From: Tubulanus polymorphus
Taxonomy: Eukaryota > Animalia > Nemertea
Direction of reading: 5' to 3'
Assembly (NCBI RefSeq): GCF_964204645.1
Contig: NC_134025.1
Coordinates: 9,858,001-9,922,000, forward strand
DNA length: 64,000 nt
The notes below the pieces were generated by a model, which made no database searches, was not told the DNA's origin, and saw only the letters and a list, made by a program, of their open reading frames with translations. The translations under genes were made by a program, and so were the position numbers. This document shows positions 62,601 to 64,000 of the stretch, one piece after another; the first letter of the stretch is position 1; the number at the start of each line of letters is the position of its first letter.

Positions 62601-64000
62601 TCCCACGTTATCTTTGAACTCGCTTTGAATAACAGACTAAGCCATCGCGCTAGACTAAAAAAAATGCCTTCCTATATTTCAGACTCGTTTGTAGCAAGAT
62701 TTCCGCACAAAACACGTAGTCATTTATATCTATTTCGAATACGAACGCGGATGCTTGAGTCAATTTCAGATGTGACGACGATTTTAACGGTAATACATCA
62801 TCGCATAGCTGCCTTGTATATCAATCAGCAGCCGACGCCGTGTAGTGAAAGCCTTTGTTACAAAGACGCTCTTTAAAAATTTCGAATTTTTAAGAACGAG
62901 AAAAAAAATGTAAAGCTCAAAGACGTTCGGCTCGCTTGGCGAACTGTTTTTCCGTTGCGAAATTTAATCGAGGAGAACGATGTAAAGACCGAACGGAATG
63001 CGATTTCCGGTTTCGTGTCTCAAAATGGCGGAGTTCCGCTTTCCTGTATTTTATCGACTGGTTTATGTACAGATTTATCTTTCATTGGAAACTAATAGAA
63101 TCAGGTTTCGAAAAGTCTGGCATCGTCTGAAAGACAATGAAAATTAAATGACTATGTTTCGCTGTAATACGTTTGCGGCTTTGAACCTGCGCGAGCTCGA
63201 TAAACGGGTACCATTGCTCTACAAATTCTTTGAGAATTTCAAGGTTATTTCTATGAAATTATGTTTTCCACTCCACACTCCTAACTTCAATGTTCTATTT
63301 GCCAGGTAACGCATTATGTGCGAATAAGCTGTAGGAGTTTTGCGTACTACTAATTGCATTCGTAATTTTATATTGGATAATCCTATCCCGCAAAGGACCC
63401 TCTTGGTAACATAGTGCCGCTCGAAAACGTTTTAGAACGCGTGTACAGTTTTAAGCGAATAAAGTGAATTTTCCTAAGCAATCGCTTGAAAAGCCTTTCC
63501 CCGGGTGTTGCCGGGAGCTATATAGTCGACGATGCTGAGCCAAATCTTCGACGGGATCCGGTTTCACGCTGTCTGCAGCTTTTGCATTCTGATTAAAAGA
63601 AAGTTCGCAAAAAGCGGGTGTTTGCGCCGCTGAAGTGCGAAGATGGCACACTGGTCACAAACAACATGCAGGCCTTAACAACGCGTGCTACGAGCTCATT
63701 ATATCACGCGTGCCAAATAAAGCGCACATACTCAAAAGACATGCCGTTTATGAATACTTTATGGTTTGGCTGAACCGGTCCGGCGCACGCAATGATTTCT
63801 CCAAAATTCTCCCGGCAACCAGTTTAAACCGTTCGATCTATACATCTAATGAATGTGGTCATTCAACAACGGACGCGATTATATCATCACTTAATATACA
63901 CCATCAACACAATTGTGTCCCCCACAGAGTTTCATTTAACACGTATTAGCATGTTTCGTTTTTTGACGCCGTAAAAACCGTTACAATAATGCTCATACAT

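Noticed and set aside
62925-62935. GTTCGGCTCGC resembling part of miR-375
   Set aside because: The seed region does not match and no good precursor hairpin is evident.

Overview
Intron-rich eukaryotic (animal) genomic DNA, AT-rich with little visible CpG depletion. Gene content and repeat types suggest a lophotrochozoan-like invertebrate (inference). The ORF track is mostly noise or exon fragments, so I assembled genes by hand from splice sites and reading-frame continuity. Genes found: sorting nexin 3/12 (4 exons, one GC-AG intron); a 23-exon receptor guanylyl cyclase; two convergent intronless rhodopsin-class GPCR paralogs (one with a single in-frame TGA, the pair sharing a probable gene-conversion tract); an intronless HAD-IIA phosphatase; a 14-exon ankyrin/6TM TRP-type channel on the minus strand; and a CUB-LDLa single-pass membrane protein. 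A three-coding-exon gene absent from the ORF track (47941-49067) encodes a 116-aa secreted precursor: signal peptide, short propeptide, KR site and a Cys-free, probably helical mature region that I do not recognise. Several phase-compatible candidate first exons suggest the TRP gene may extend to about 46-57 kb and enclose the two plus-strand genes there. Non-coding DNA carries many small non-autonomous DNA transposons, some with CTCF-like motifs.
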